Shown one piece after another: positions 30,812 through 39,385 of a stretch of DNA of 64,000 nt. Below the pieces are notes generated by a model that was not told the origin of the DNA, made no database searches, and was given only the letters and a program-made list of their open reading frames with translations. The stretch spans positions 1,047,178 through 1,111,177 of the forward strand of contig CAVRUH010000001.1 in NCBI GenBank assembly GCA_963724325.1, written 5' to 3'. Both the position numbers and the translations under genes were made by a program. This stretch comes from Waddliaceae bacterium (GTDB taxonomy: Bacteria; Chlamydiota; Chlamydiia; Chlamydiales; Waddliaceae). How positions within the stretch are numbered: the stretch's first letter is position 1; each line of letters opens with the position of its first letter.

Positions 30812-31978
30812 TTAAAATGCCTGGTTTATTTTTGCGATGAATCTAATTTTTAACATTGTATTCTGCAAAAAATCAAAATTTTCTTTATATATTTTTTTGA
30901 AGTCTTCAGAATGTGAATCCAATTCCTTTCGGATCTCATAATAGAATTGCACCTTTAATATATCTTGGTTATTTTTGTTGTCTTCATTCGCAAGTTCTAA
31001 TAAAATATCATATGAATTCGGTATAAGTGACTGAATGTTTATAATTTCATTTTTGTTAAGTTTTTCCATGTCCTCTTTAAGGTCTTTGCTATCATAAGCA
31101 ATCAATGCGGCCTTTTGAGTATCAGTGAGTGATTCTATGATTTCTTCCAGGGGTACGTCCTCACCCTGGATAACTTCTAGGGGTCCTTTCTCTTTAAGGG
31201 GTACATCCTCTTGCAGGAGATCTTCCAGGGGTACGTCCTCTTTCAGGAGGTCTTCCAGGGGTACTTCTTCGTTCAGTAGATCTTCCTTTTTACCAAATGC
31301 AGTAGCTATTTGTTTAATGAATGTAAGTTCTGCTACTAGAACATTCATTGCAGCATCCAGCTTATCTTCCTTGCTGCCTAACGTAAGCTTTTCATTTTCA
31401 ACTCCAAACTCATAAGTAAATTCTAACTTTAATTTATCCTGCTTATTTTTATTGCCTTCATTCGCAAGTTTTAACAAAATCTCATATGACTTTGGCATAT
31501 TTGACTTAAGGATTTTAATATCATCTTTTTTTAGATGTTTCATCTCAGTTCTCAGGTCTGTGCTATCACAAGCTGTTATTATTGCTTTCTGAGTTTTAGT
31601 AAGTGATTTCATGTCAAATTCTTTCCTATCAAATTTGCCTCCAAAAAGCCTTCGTAGAACCGTTAGTAATTTTATAACAACACCTTTAAAACCTTTTTTC
31701 CCACTGACATCTATATTTGCTTGATTATTTAATTTAGCTATAAAGGTCTTTGCTTGATTCATTGTATGTTCGGTTGTGCTAGGATCTTTTATTAATTTGT
31801 AAAACTTCTTAGCAATGTCTTTTATTGCGACATCTCCTGTTAGTCCACGATGACCCGACGCCCCTTCAACGAATCTTCTTCCACCCATTTTTCCGATTTT
31901 TGGTTGTATATCTTTTAATAAATTGTTGAAATCAACCATTGTATCGCATTTGTTGATTGCATCTTTAATTGTTGTCAT
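30812..31978 (-). CDS. Effector-like protein, type A' (two modules plus an acidic 10-aa tandem repeat)
   Basis: N-terminus nearly identical to the 27085 gene; EDVPLEDLL repeats. Confidence 0.8.
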   Translation of the reverse strand: MTTIKDAINKCDTMVDFNNLLKDIQPKIGKMGGRRFVEGASGHRGLTGDVAIKDIAKKFYKLIKDPSTTEHTMNQAKTFIAKLNNQANIDVSGKKGFKGVVIKLLTVLRRLFGGKFDRKEFDMKSLTKTQKAIITACDSTDLRTEMKHLKKDDIKILKSNMPKSYEILLKLANEGNKNKQDKLKLEFTYEFGVENEKLTLGSKEDKLDAAMNVLVAELTFIKQIATAFGKKEDLLNEEVPLEDLLKEDVPLEDLLQEDVPLKEKGPLEVIQGEDVPLEEIIESLTDTQKAALIAYDSKDLKEDMEKLNKNEIINIQSLIPNSYDILLELANEDNKNNQDILKVQFYYEIRKELDSHSEDFKKIYKENFDFLQNTMLKIRFIAKINQAF

Positions 31979-32048
31979 AAAAATATCCTCTGATAAACTA
32001 TTTGATTTTCCTATCTATTTGTTATTAAAGCATTATTTTTATTTTGAG

Positions 32049-33155
32049 TCAATCACAAAAACCGGACAAATTGGGAACATGTTGACCCCCCTCTCCAGGG
32101 AAAAACTGACTTCTATATAATTTATCGAGATCAACTATAGGTGTAAATAACACGGACGGGCTAATATTTCTATCTTCTGTTATTATTTGTACAGGTGTCT
32201 TAGCTTTTTTAGAAAAGTTAGGTCGCGAAAAATTATAGAAATTTTGATACATTTGAGTCTTTATGAAGAAATCATCCCTTGAACTGAACTTCTCTAAATC
32301 AAAAAATTCAACTTCAATCGTATTGTGTATACTTTCGACATCTGCATTCGCATTGCTCATACTCGGAGGAATATAATTATGCTTGGCACCAAACCGACTC
32401 TCTATAAGATCGACAAATCCATCCACCTTTACACCGCGTTGCCTTCCACCACCAAATTCGCTTCCATTGTCCGTCTGCACAATTACTTCACTCAAATCAA
32501 CCTTGAAATACTTTAGCCAATCTAAATAAAACGAAGTGAATAGTATTGAATACTGTTCACTGTATTCATCAGCGAATCCTAAAACTGTACCACCACTTTT
32601 CGTATCTCTAATCGTATATTGATATTTAGGAAGGCCTAGTGATTGCATTTGTGTCCAATAATACGGAATGTCCTTCAGATGCTTAACATCTTCTTGATGG
32701 TGTGTGAGTGCTTTATATTTTGCCTTAATTGCTCGGAGATCGTTTTTTGTATGGTGCTTTTTCTTTCGCTTTCTTGCCAAGCCCCTGGACTTAAGAATCC
32801 TTCTTATAGCATCTTCAGAAGCCTTAATCTCAAAAAACCATTTCAGTCGTTTCGGTCCGTAACACGGAACTTCCTTGCGACACTTAACGATATAATCTTC
32901 GTCTTCCTGAGATGTTTTATGTGGAATATTCTTAGGGGCCCGGCTACGATTAACTAGTCCGGAACGTCCTTCAATTTTATATCTTTCAACCCAAAGATCA
33001 ACAGTATTTTTGCTACACCCAAATTTCTTTTCGGTAGCATTTTTCCCATGTTTTTCGGCATATCTCACCATTTGCAAGCGAATTGCCTCTTGTTCTGCTT
33101 TACTTCTTTTGTTAACCATATTACAGTACGGTGTTGGTTCATGTTTTGACTTCAT
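32049..33155 (-). CDS. DDE transposase (HTH + rve integrase core, IS481-like)
   Basis: N-terminal HTH, SRAPKNIPHKT, YGPKRL, QEDVK / QTDNGSEF / NADVESIH catalytic triad. Confidence 0.9.
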   Translation of the reverse strand: MKSKHEPTPYCNMVNKRSKAEQEAIRLQMVRYAEKHGKNATEKKFGCSKNTVDLWVERYKIEGRSGLVNRSRAPKNIPHKTSQEDEDYIVKCRKEVPCYGPKRLKWFFEIKASEDAIRRILKSRGLARKRKKKHHTKNDLRAIKAKYKALTHHQEDVKHLKDIPYYWTQMQSLGLPKYQYTIRDTKSGGTVLGFADEYSEQYSILFTSFYLDWLKYFKVDLSEVIVQTDNGSEFGGGRQRGVKVDGFVDLIESRFGAKHNYIPPSMSNANADVESIHNTIEVEFFDLEKFSSRDDFFIKTQMYQNFYNFSRPNFSKKAKTPVQIITEDRNISPSVLFTPIVDLDKLYRSQFFPGEGGQHVPNLSGFCD

Positions 33156-33893
33156 TACGGATGCCTCCTTTACTCGAAGGTCATCCTAGTAATGAAGTCT
33201 TTTTTTTTAAAACAAATTCTTGATATAGATATGCATATTGCATGCCAATTTGGAGGTAGAAGTATGCATCTGAATAATACCAGTAAAACCAACGAAATCA
33301 CAGCAAGTCACCCTACAAATTAACCGCGGAACAAAATAGGGTATATTTATGGCTAAAGGAGCAAAAGCTTAATGTAGATGATGACACTCTTAATTATTGG
33401 ACAAGAAAGTACCATTCACAACGCTTAGTAGATGTAGTGAGATTTGCCTATAGAAGAGTACACGAAGGAAAACAAATCAAAAATATCGGGGGGTGGATAC
33501 ATAAGCTACTCAAAGACGGCTCTCCCGTAGTAACCGATAACTGTCATAACAATCTCGGATTTCTCAAGATATTTATGAAAGATCATCATTGGCAAAGCCT
33601 GAACGTTTATGAGAAGTATGTGAAAGATGAAATAACAGGGGATGATTTATCGCTAACCATACAACCAGCAGAATTTCGCAGGGCGTGGTAGGCAATACAC
33701 AATCGAAGCCAACTTTAATTTTCATTGCCTTATTATATTCAAATTTTTTAAATTTTAAAATTTATTTTTATAGTTCTTGATAGTAAACTTTCATTGCATA
33801 CATTAATTTCTTCTTTATATTTAGAACCTAAACAATATAATTTAATATTTTTGTATGAAGTAGGGGGGGTCAACATGTGCCCCTACTTTCCCG
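32063..33893 (-). mobile_element. IS481-like insertion element (~1.83 kb) with passenger DNA
   Basis: Imperfect terminal IRs CGG.....ACATGTTGACCCCCC; direct repeat GTCAATCACAAAAAC at 32048-32062 and 33894-33908; empty paralogous site at about 28555-28580. Confidence 0.88.
33264..33691 (+). pseudogene. Frameshifted passenger gene inside the IS (~140 codons)
   Basis: GGAGG RBS + ATG at 33264 closes after 19 codons; a second frame is open from 33287 to 33691. Confidence 0.5.
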
Positions 33894-33973
33894 GTCAATC
33901 ACAAAAACGGTTGCCGGGCCACGATTTAGGACAAAGCGGGGGTCATGCCAAGTGGGATGCGGAATGGCATGTT

Positions 33974-34738
33974 TTATGCTAATTCTGGGACAAAGCCGTC
34001 AAGTAAATTAGATGCAATATCCTCTAAAAATTTGACGCGTTCCAGAAATTTAAAAATTGGTGCGAGTGTTTCGAATTTCTCATTTGTCCTCTCCGTGTGT
34101 TTGGTACTATAGGTGCCAATTTTTTCATATAATTCAATGACAAACTCAATTAGTAATATTTCTTTTAATTTATTTTTCTTGTTTATATCTCTTTTATTTG
34201 CAAGTTGTGATAGTATAATATGTGTCTTTGGTAAAAATGTTTTGAGGTTATTTATTTCATCTTTACTCAGTTTACTCAAATCTTCTTTAAGTTGTGATGT
34301 GTCAGCAGCTAGTATCATTGCTTTTTCTTCAGATGTAAATGAGTCTAAATAGAATTTTTTGATTTCAAATTTTCCTCCAAAAACTCTTTTTATTGCAGTT
34401 AGAAATCTGATGCAAAAACCTTTGAAGCCCCCTATCTCGCTAAGTTTTTCATTTGCATCTACATCAAATTTTTGTATAGATATTCTTGCTTTCAGTATTG
34501 CAGTCTTGTCTGTGTGTGGTTTTTTTATTAATTCCTGAAACTTCTTTGCAATGTCTTTTATTGTAACATCACCTGTTATCCTTTGCGTACCAGCAACTTC
34601 ATTTGCATTGTTAGAGCCACTGTCTACTACGATCCTTCTTCCACCCAATTTGCCGATTTTAGGTGTTAAATTTTCCAATAAATCACCCAGTTCTTCAATT
34701 GATTCAAAACTATTTAGTACAGCTTTAATTGTTGTCAT
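33974..34738 (-). CDS. Effector-like protein, type B1'
   Basis: MTTIK start; C-terminal tail like the 28641 gene. Confidence 0.8.
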   Translation of the reverse strand: MTTIKAVLNSFESIEELGDLLENLTPKIGKLGGRRIVVDSGSNNANEVAGTQRITGDVTIKDIAKKFQELIKKPHTDKTAILKARISIQKFDVDANEKLSEIGGFKGFCIRFLTAIKRVFGGKFEIKKFYLDSFTSEEKAMILAADTSQLKEDLSKLSKDEINNLKTFLPKTHIILSQLANKRDINKKNKLKEILLIEFVIELYEKIGTYSTKHTERTNEKFETLAPIFKFLERVKFLEDIASNLLDGFVPELA

Positions 34739-34835
34739 AAAAACCTCTTGATATAAATTATTTAACTCACATGTCAAATTGCTATTAGAACATAGCACAT
34801 ATGAGTCGAGTATATATATGCTCACACATATGAGT

Positions 34836-35484
34836 CAACAACGAAAAATTGTTTGTTGAAAAAAGGGCTTGGCAATCGGACATTTGATCGAATCAAATGT
34901 CCGAATGCCAAGCTCTTTTCTTACCCCTGACCAAATTTGTGCATCCCATAGGGATTATTTTCAATAATAGCCCATGATTTGCGCTTACAGCGCTACATCA
35001 TGGGCTATTATTGAAAATAATCCCTACGGGATAAAGGGCAAGAAATTCCACCAGCAAAAGACACAGCCATTAATGTCACCCTTTATATCGAAAAAGACTT
35101 TAATACTAAAAAAGTGTCAGGCTTGGCAATCGGACATTTGATCGAATCAAATGTTCGAATGCCAAGCCCTTTTCTTGACCATGCCCAAAATTTGTGCATC
35201 CCATGGGGATGCCTTTAATAATAGCCCATGATGTAGCGCTGTAAGCGAAAATCGTGGGTCAATGCAAAAAAATAACCTTTGCCGCGCAGCGGCACCTAAT
35301 ATAAGATAAATAGGCGCTACGCGACTAAGGAAATGTTTTGGCATTACCCACGATTTCGCGTTCAGCGCTACATCATGGGCTATTATGAAAAAAATCCCTA
35401 CGGGCAGCAAAAGACATAGCCATTAATGGCACTAATTTTATCGAAAAAGACTTTAATTTACCTTGGTTTTTTTTGAGTCAACCA
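34836..35484. repeat. Palindromic cassettes: C (34861-34919), internally deleted D (34943-35032), C (35120-35168), D (35198-35404)
   Basis: Same sequences as 30392-30811. Confidence 0.9.
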
Positions 35485-36252
35485 TTAAGAATTTTCAAAG
35501 TGATCATAGCCTTTAAGAAAATAATGCACATTATCATGAATAAATGTGACCTCGTCCAGTGGGTTTAAACACTGAATAGTTGGTTTCATTCTTTCCAGCC
35601 CCTCAGCCTTATCTTTGGCACTATAAAAACCAGTTTTTACAAAAAATTCAATGACAAATTCAATTAGAAATTCTTCTTTTAATTTGTTTATCTTGTTTAC
35701 ATCACTTTCATTTGCAAGTTTTGATAATGCACTATAACTGTTTGGAATACATTTTTTAATGGTATTTATTTCATCCTTACTCAGTTTACTCAAATCTTCT
35801 TTAAGTTGTGATATGTCAGCATCTAGTATCATTGCTTTTTCACCAGGTGTAAATGAATCTAAATAGAACTTTTTGATATCAAATGTTCCTCCAAAAACTC
35901 TTTTTATTGCTGTTAGAAATCTGATGCAAAAACCTTTAAAGCCCCTTATCTCGCAAAGTTTTGCATTTGCATTTATATCTAATTTTTGTATAGATATTCT
36001 TGCTTTCTGTATTGCAGTCTCGTCTGTGTGGGGTTTTTTCATTAATTCCTGAAACTTCTTTGCAATGTCTTTTATTGCAACATCACCTGTTATCCTTTGC
36101 GTACCAGCAACTTCACTTACATAGTTATAGCCACTGTCTACTACGATCCTTCTTCCACCCAATTTGCCGATTTTAGGTGTTAAATTTTCCAATAAATCAC
36201 CCAGTTCTTCAATTGATTCAAAACTATTTAGTACAGCTTTAATTGTTGTCAT
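35485..36252 (-). CDS. Effector-like protein, type B2'
   Basis: MTTIK start; C-terminal tail like the 29528 gene. Confidence 0.8.
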   Translation of the reverse strand: MTTIKAVLNSFESIEELGDLLENLTPKIGKLGGRRIVVDSGYNYVSEVAGTQRITGDVAIKDIAKKFQELMKKPHTDETAIQKARISIQKLDINANAKLCEIRGFKGFCIRFLTAIKRVFGGTFDIKKFYLDSFTPGEKAMILDADISQLKEDLSKLSKDEINTIKKCIPNSYSALSKLANESDVNKINKLKEEFLIEFVIEFFVKTGFYSAKDKAEGLERMKPTIQCLNPLDEVTFIHDNVHYFLKGYDHFENS

Positions 36253-36348
36253 AAAAACCTCTTGATATAAATTATTTAACTCACATGTCAAATTGCTATT
36301 AGAACATAGCACATATGAGTCGAGTATATATATACTCACAGATATGAG

Positions 36349-36735
36349 TCAACAACGAAAAATTGTTTGTTGAAAAAAGGGCTTGGCATTCGGACATTTG
36401 ATCGAATCAAATGTCCGAATGCCAAGCCCTTTTCTTACCCCTGACCAAATTTGTGCATCCCATGGGGATGCCTTTAATAATAGCCCATGATGTAGCGCTG
36501 TAAGCGAAAATCGTGGGTCAATGCAAAAAAATAACCTTTGCCGCGCAGCGGCACCTAATATAAGATAAATAGGCGCTACGCGACTAAGGAAATGTTTTGG
36601 CATTACCCACGATTTGCGCTTACAGCGCTACATCATGGGCTATTATTGAAAATATCCCTACGGGATAAAGGGCAAGAAATTCCACCAGCAAAAGACGTAG
36701 CCATTAATGTCACCAATTTTATCGAAAACGACTAT
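36349..36735. repeat. Palindromic cassette C (36375-36433) + D (36457-36666)
   Basis: Same sequences as the other cassettes. Confidence 0.9.
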
Positions 36736-36756
36736 AAATTGGGTGTTGTGGTTTGA

Positions 36757-38055
36757 CTATAGAGAAGGGGAGTCCATCAGGAGTTTTTCTAGGGGTTGCT
36801 CGGCTTCCCTTCGGGCGATGTTATCTAGCTCTTCCATGAGTTTTGCCTGTTCACTGGCATCAATACCTTCGTATTCGACGATCAATTCGTGAATTTTTTC
36901 GTGAAAATTTGATACGAAAGCCACATTGTGTTCGTCGATGAGCTCGTATATTTTTTGTGAAACCTCGCTCAATTGCGCCTCTCTTTTGCCTGCAATCTCA
37001 TGCAGTTTCCAGTGCAAAGCTTTCCGATCAGTTTCGATCACTTCATCTTCTTCGGGTTTTTCGACAATACGACTTGTTAAAACAATGCCATCGTCATTGA
37101 ATCTGATATAAGCTACGGTCAATTTATCTTCAGGAATGTAGATGGATAGACTTTTTATTGCTTCTGTCGCCGTTTCGACTCCTTTTGATGAATACAATAC
37201 CAGATTTGGGAATTGCATCAGGGACTCGACCTCTTGTTGAAATTCGTACGCTTGTTCTTGTGAAGGCGGCGTTTTCTTTAATTCTATTGCCTTGTTCACT
37301 ACGGATTCCCCAAATGGAAAGAATCTAGGGGCATTATAGACATAATTTTCGGCGCCGGGTCTCGAAGCTGCCAACCCTTTTGGAGGAGAAAATCCCCATC
37401 TGTTTTTTTTCCCTGCTAGCGATGCCAAAGACATGATTTTTCCTTGCTTGACCAGTTTTGAAACTTCATCGCCATTAGCGCCGGAAAGGGGATTTTGATT
37501 AGCCAGAAGTCTATTCAAATTCTTTAAATCGGAAATTTTTCGAAGTTCCATGTTTCTTGAGTCTATTACAATGGCTTTTTTGTGGATGATCCATTGAAAT
37601 AAATTGGGTGCAGGTTGTGCGATCACAAGAAACTGTGACATATCGCCTTTTGTATAGACCCTTAAAAGATATGGATAGTTATTGAATTGACCTTGTGAAT
37701 TGATGACAGCTTGGGGGTCTAAGTCGGGGGAGACCACTTTTGTGATGAGTGAGTTCAGAAATTCGGGATCGGACCAGTTCTGTTTATTGGGAGCGTGGTG
37801 ATTGAGTTGTGAATAGATAAGTGCCATAGCAATGTCGGCGACGCCGGCTGCGACCTTTTTTTCTTCTTGGCTATTTTTTCCGCTTTCTCGAAAATAAAAT
37901 CCGCTTGCTAGAACAGTGCAGAGGGTCATCAAAGCAAAAAAACTGGCGGCGATAAACCTCCAACTTTTATTTACAAAGACGGTATCCTCGACAACGGCCT
38001 TAGGGCCTTCCTGCTGCCAGTTTTCGGTTTCATCTTCAAACTCATCTATTATCAT
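36757..38055 (-). CDS. Hypothetical single-pass membrane protein
   Basis: Long ORF with one TM segment (FIAASFFALMTLCTVLASGFYF); start at 38055 or 38103. Confidence 0.7.
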   Translation of the reverse strand: MIIDEFEDETENWQQEGPKAVVEDTVFVNKSWRFIAASFFALMTLCTVLASGFYFRESGKNSQEEKKVAAGVADIAMALIYSQLNHHAPNKQNWSDPEFLNSLITKVVSPDLDPQAVINSQGQFNNYPYLLRVYTKGDMSQFLVIAQPAPNLFQWIIHKKAIVIDSRNMELRKISDLKNLNRLLANQNPLSGANGDEVSKLVKQGKIMSLASLAGKKNRWGFSPPKGLAASRPGAENYVYNAPRFFPFGESVVNKAIELKKTPPSQEQAYEFQQEVESLMQFPNLVLYSSKGVETATEAIKSLSIYIPEDKLTVAYIRFNDDGIVLTSRIVEKPEEDEVIETDRKALHWKLHEIAGKREAQLSEVSQKIYELIDEHNVAFVSNFHEKIHELIVEYEGIDASEQAKLMEELDNIARREAEQPLEKLLMDSPSL

Positions 38056-38137
38056 CAACACATCCCTAAAAAGTAGTAAATGGGGTATCCGCTCTTCTAG
38101 CATATATCGACCATCCGAGTCAAGCTGAATATATCGC

Positions 38138-38167
38138 TTGATAAAATAGATGACAATGGTGTATAAT
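38138..38167 (+). promoter_or_regulatory. Sigma66/70-type promoter for the F-box/LRR gene
   Basis: TTGATA-N18-TATAAT, followed by GAGGA RBS and ATG at 38191. Confidence 0.55.
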
Positions 38168-38190
38168 GTTAAGCAAAATTGAGGAATGAT

Positions 38191-39365
38191 ATGATTACAT
38201 TAACAAAAGAATTTACTGTTAATATTTTTCTAAGAGAAATAAAAAGTAATGGTTCCAAGGGATATGTTAATATCCGTAGTGTTCCAAAAACTGGAGAGAA
38301 TGTGCCGATTTAGCGTGGAACATCTTTAACGGAAACAATTATGTAGTCATTGATGGTGAATTTCCAGAAAAATTCAAGCTAATCCACACTATTCAACCCA
38401 ATCTTAAATACCTGGATTTGAAAAATCATCTGTATGATTTTACAGAGATTTTAAAATTATATCCTGGTTTAAAGGGAATAAAGAATGGATGTAAAGGTAT
38501 CTATGAGTATTGTCATGATTTAGAAGAGTTGCATGTTCGGGGTTTGAATAAAATAGATTCCACTGCGATGAAAAATCTAAGTAAACTCAAATCTTTAACT
38601 GTGTTTTATGCTTGTTCACGCTCTCTTGACTTGCCCAAATCAATAGAAAGTATAATTTTAAAAGAGGGCGATGAATGCGAATTTCTAATCCCGGAAGATG
38701 CAACAATGAAGCACTTGGAGATGGTTTTAATACATGGAAAAAAAGATGTTGTTCGAGACTTATCTTCCACTGCCTGGAGAACTCTGGAGACTCTCAAACT
38801 CATCAATGTCCTTAATATGAAAGTTTTAAAACTACGTTCTGATATGGAGATGCTCCGTTCTATTGAGCTTGAGAATTGTCCTAGTCTTTCCGGAATAAAT
38901 TTTACAATATCGAAAGCGAATCATCTAGTAAATTTTGAGATAACGACATTGGCTATTGAGAATCTCGAACTACCTGAAGAAATGCCTCAACTGAAAAATT
39001 TGAAAATTAATTGTTGCAAAATTCAGAAATTAACTTTGCCCGAGACGTTTCCAAGTCTAGAGCACCTCTACTTTTCGAACTTTGATAACTGCCCGGCTGC
39101 TTTACAATTAGAATCTTCAAAATCGCTTATCTCTCTTAAGTTGCTTAAAATTGCCGGCCTGATACGCATAATATTTCCACAAACCTCTACTAGTCTTGAG
39201 AGTGTTGAGATCTATCAAGAAGGAGCGCTGGAAGTCGTCGGAATTAATGAGATTGCCCGCAATGTCAAAAATGTGTCTATGTCAGCAGAGCCTCTGCGTG
39301 AGCTCAAAGCTTCAGTAAAACGTCGCAAATATGACCTTGACAAGAAGGGCATTTCTATAGTATAA
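38191..39365 (+). pseudogene. F-box-like + leucine-rich-repeat protein with a 1-bp frameshift near 38282 (pseudogene or sequencing error)
   Basis: Joining frames gives LTKEFTVNIF...NIRSVSKNWRECA, followed by LxxLxLxxC repeats. Confidence 0.7.
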
Positions 39366-39366
39366 T
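39337..39366 (+). promoter_or_regulatory. Consensus promoter for uhpC
   Basis: TTGACA-N18-TATAAT overlapping the LRR gene stop; GAGG RBS follows. Confidence 0.7.
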
Positions 39367-39385
39367 CGTTGCTTTGAGGTGAAAA

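Noticed and set aside
30392..36603. Short ORFs at 30392, 30627, 35147 and 36349 (also 6465, 6726, 41066)
   Set aside because: They are translations of palindromic repeats, with no RBS or protein-like features
27085..36735. Diversity-generating retroelement, integron or shufflon as driver of the array
   Set aside because: No reverse transcriptase or tyrosine/serine recombinase in the window; all genes co-oriented; no adenine-specific template/variable repeat pair noticed
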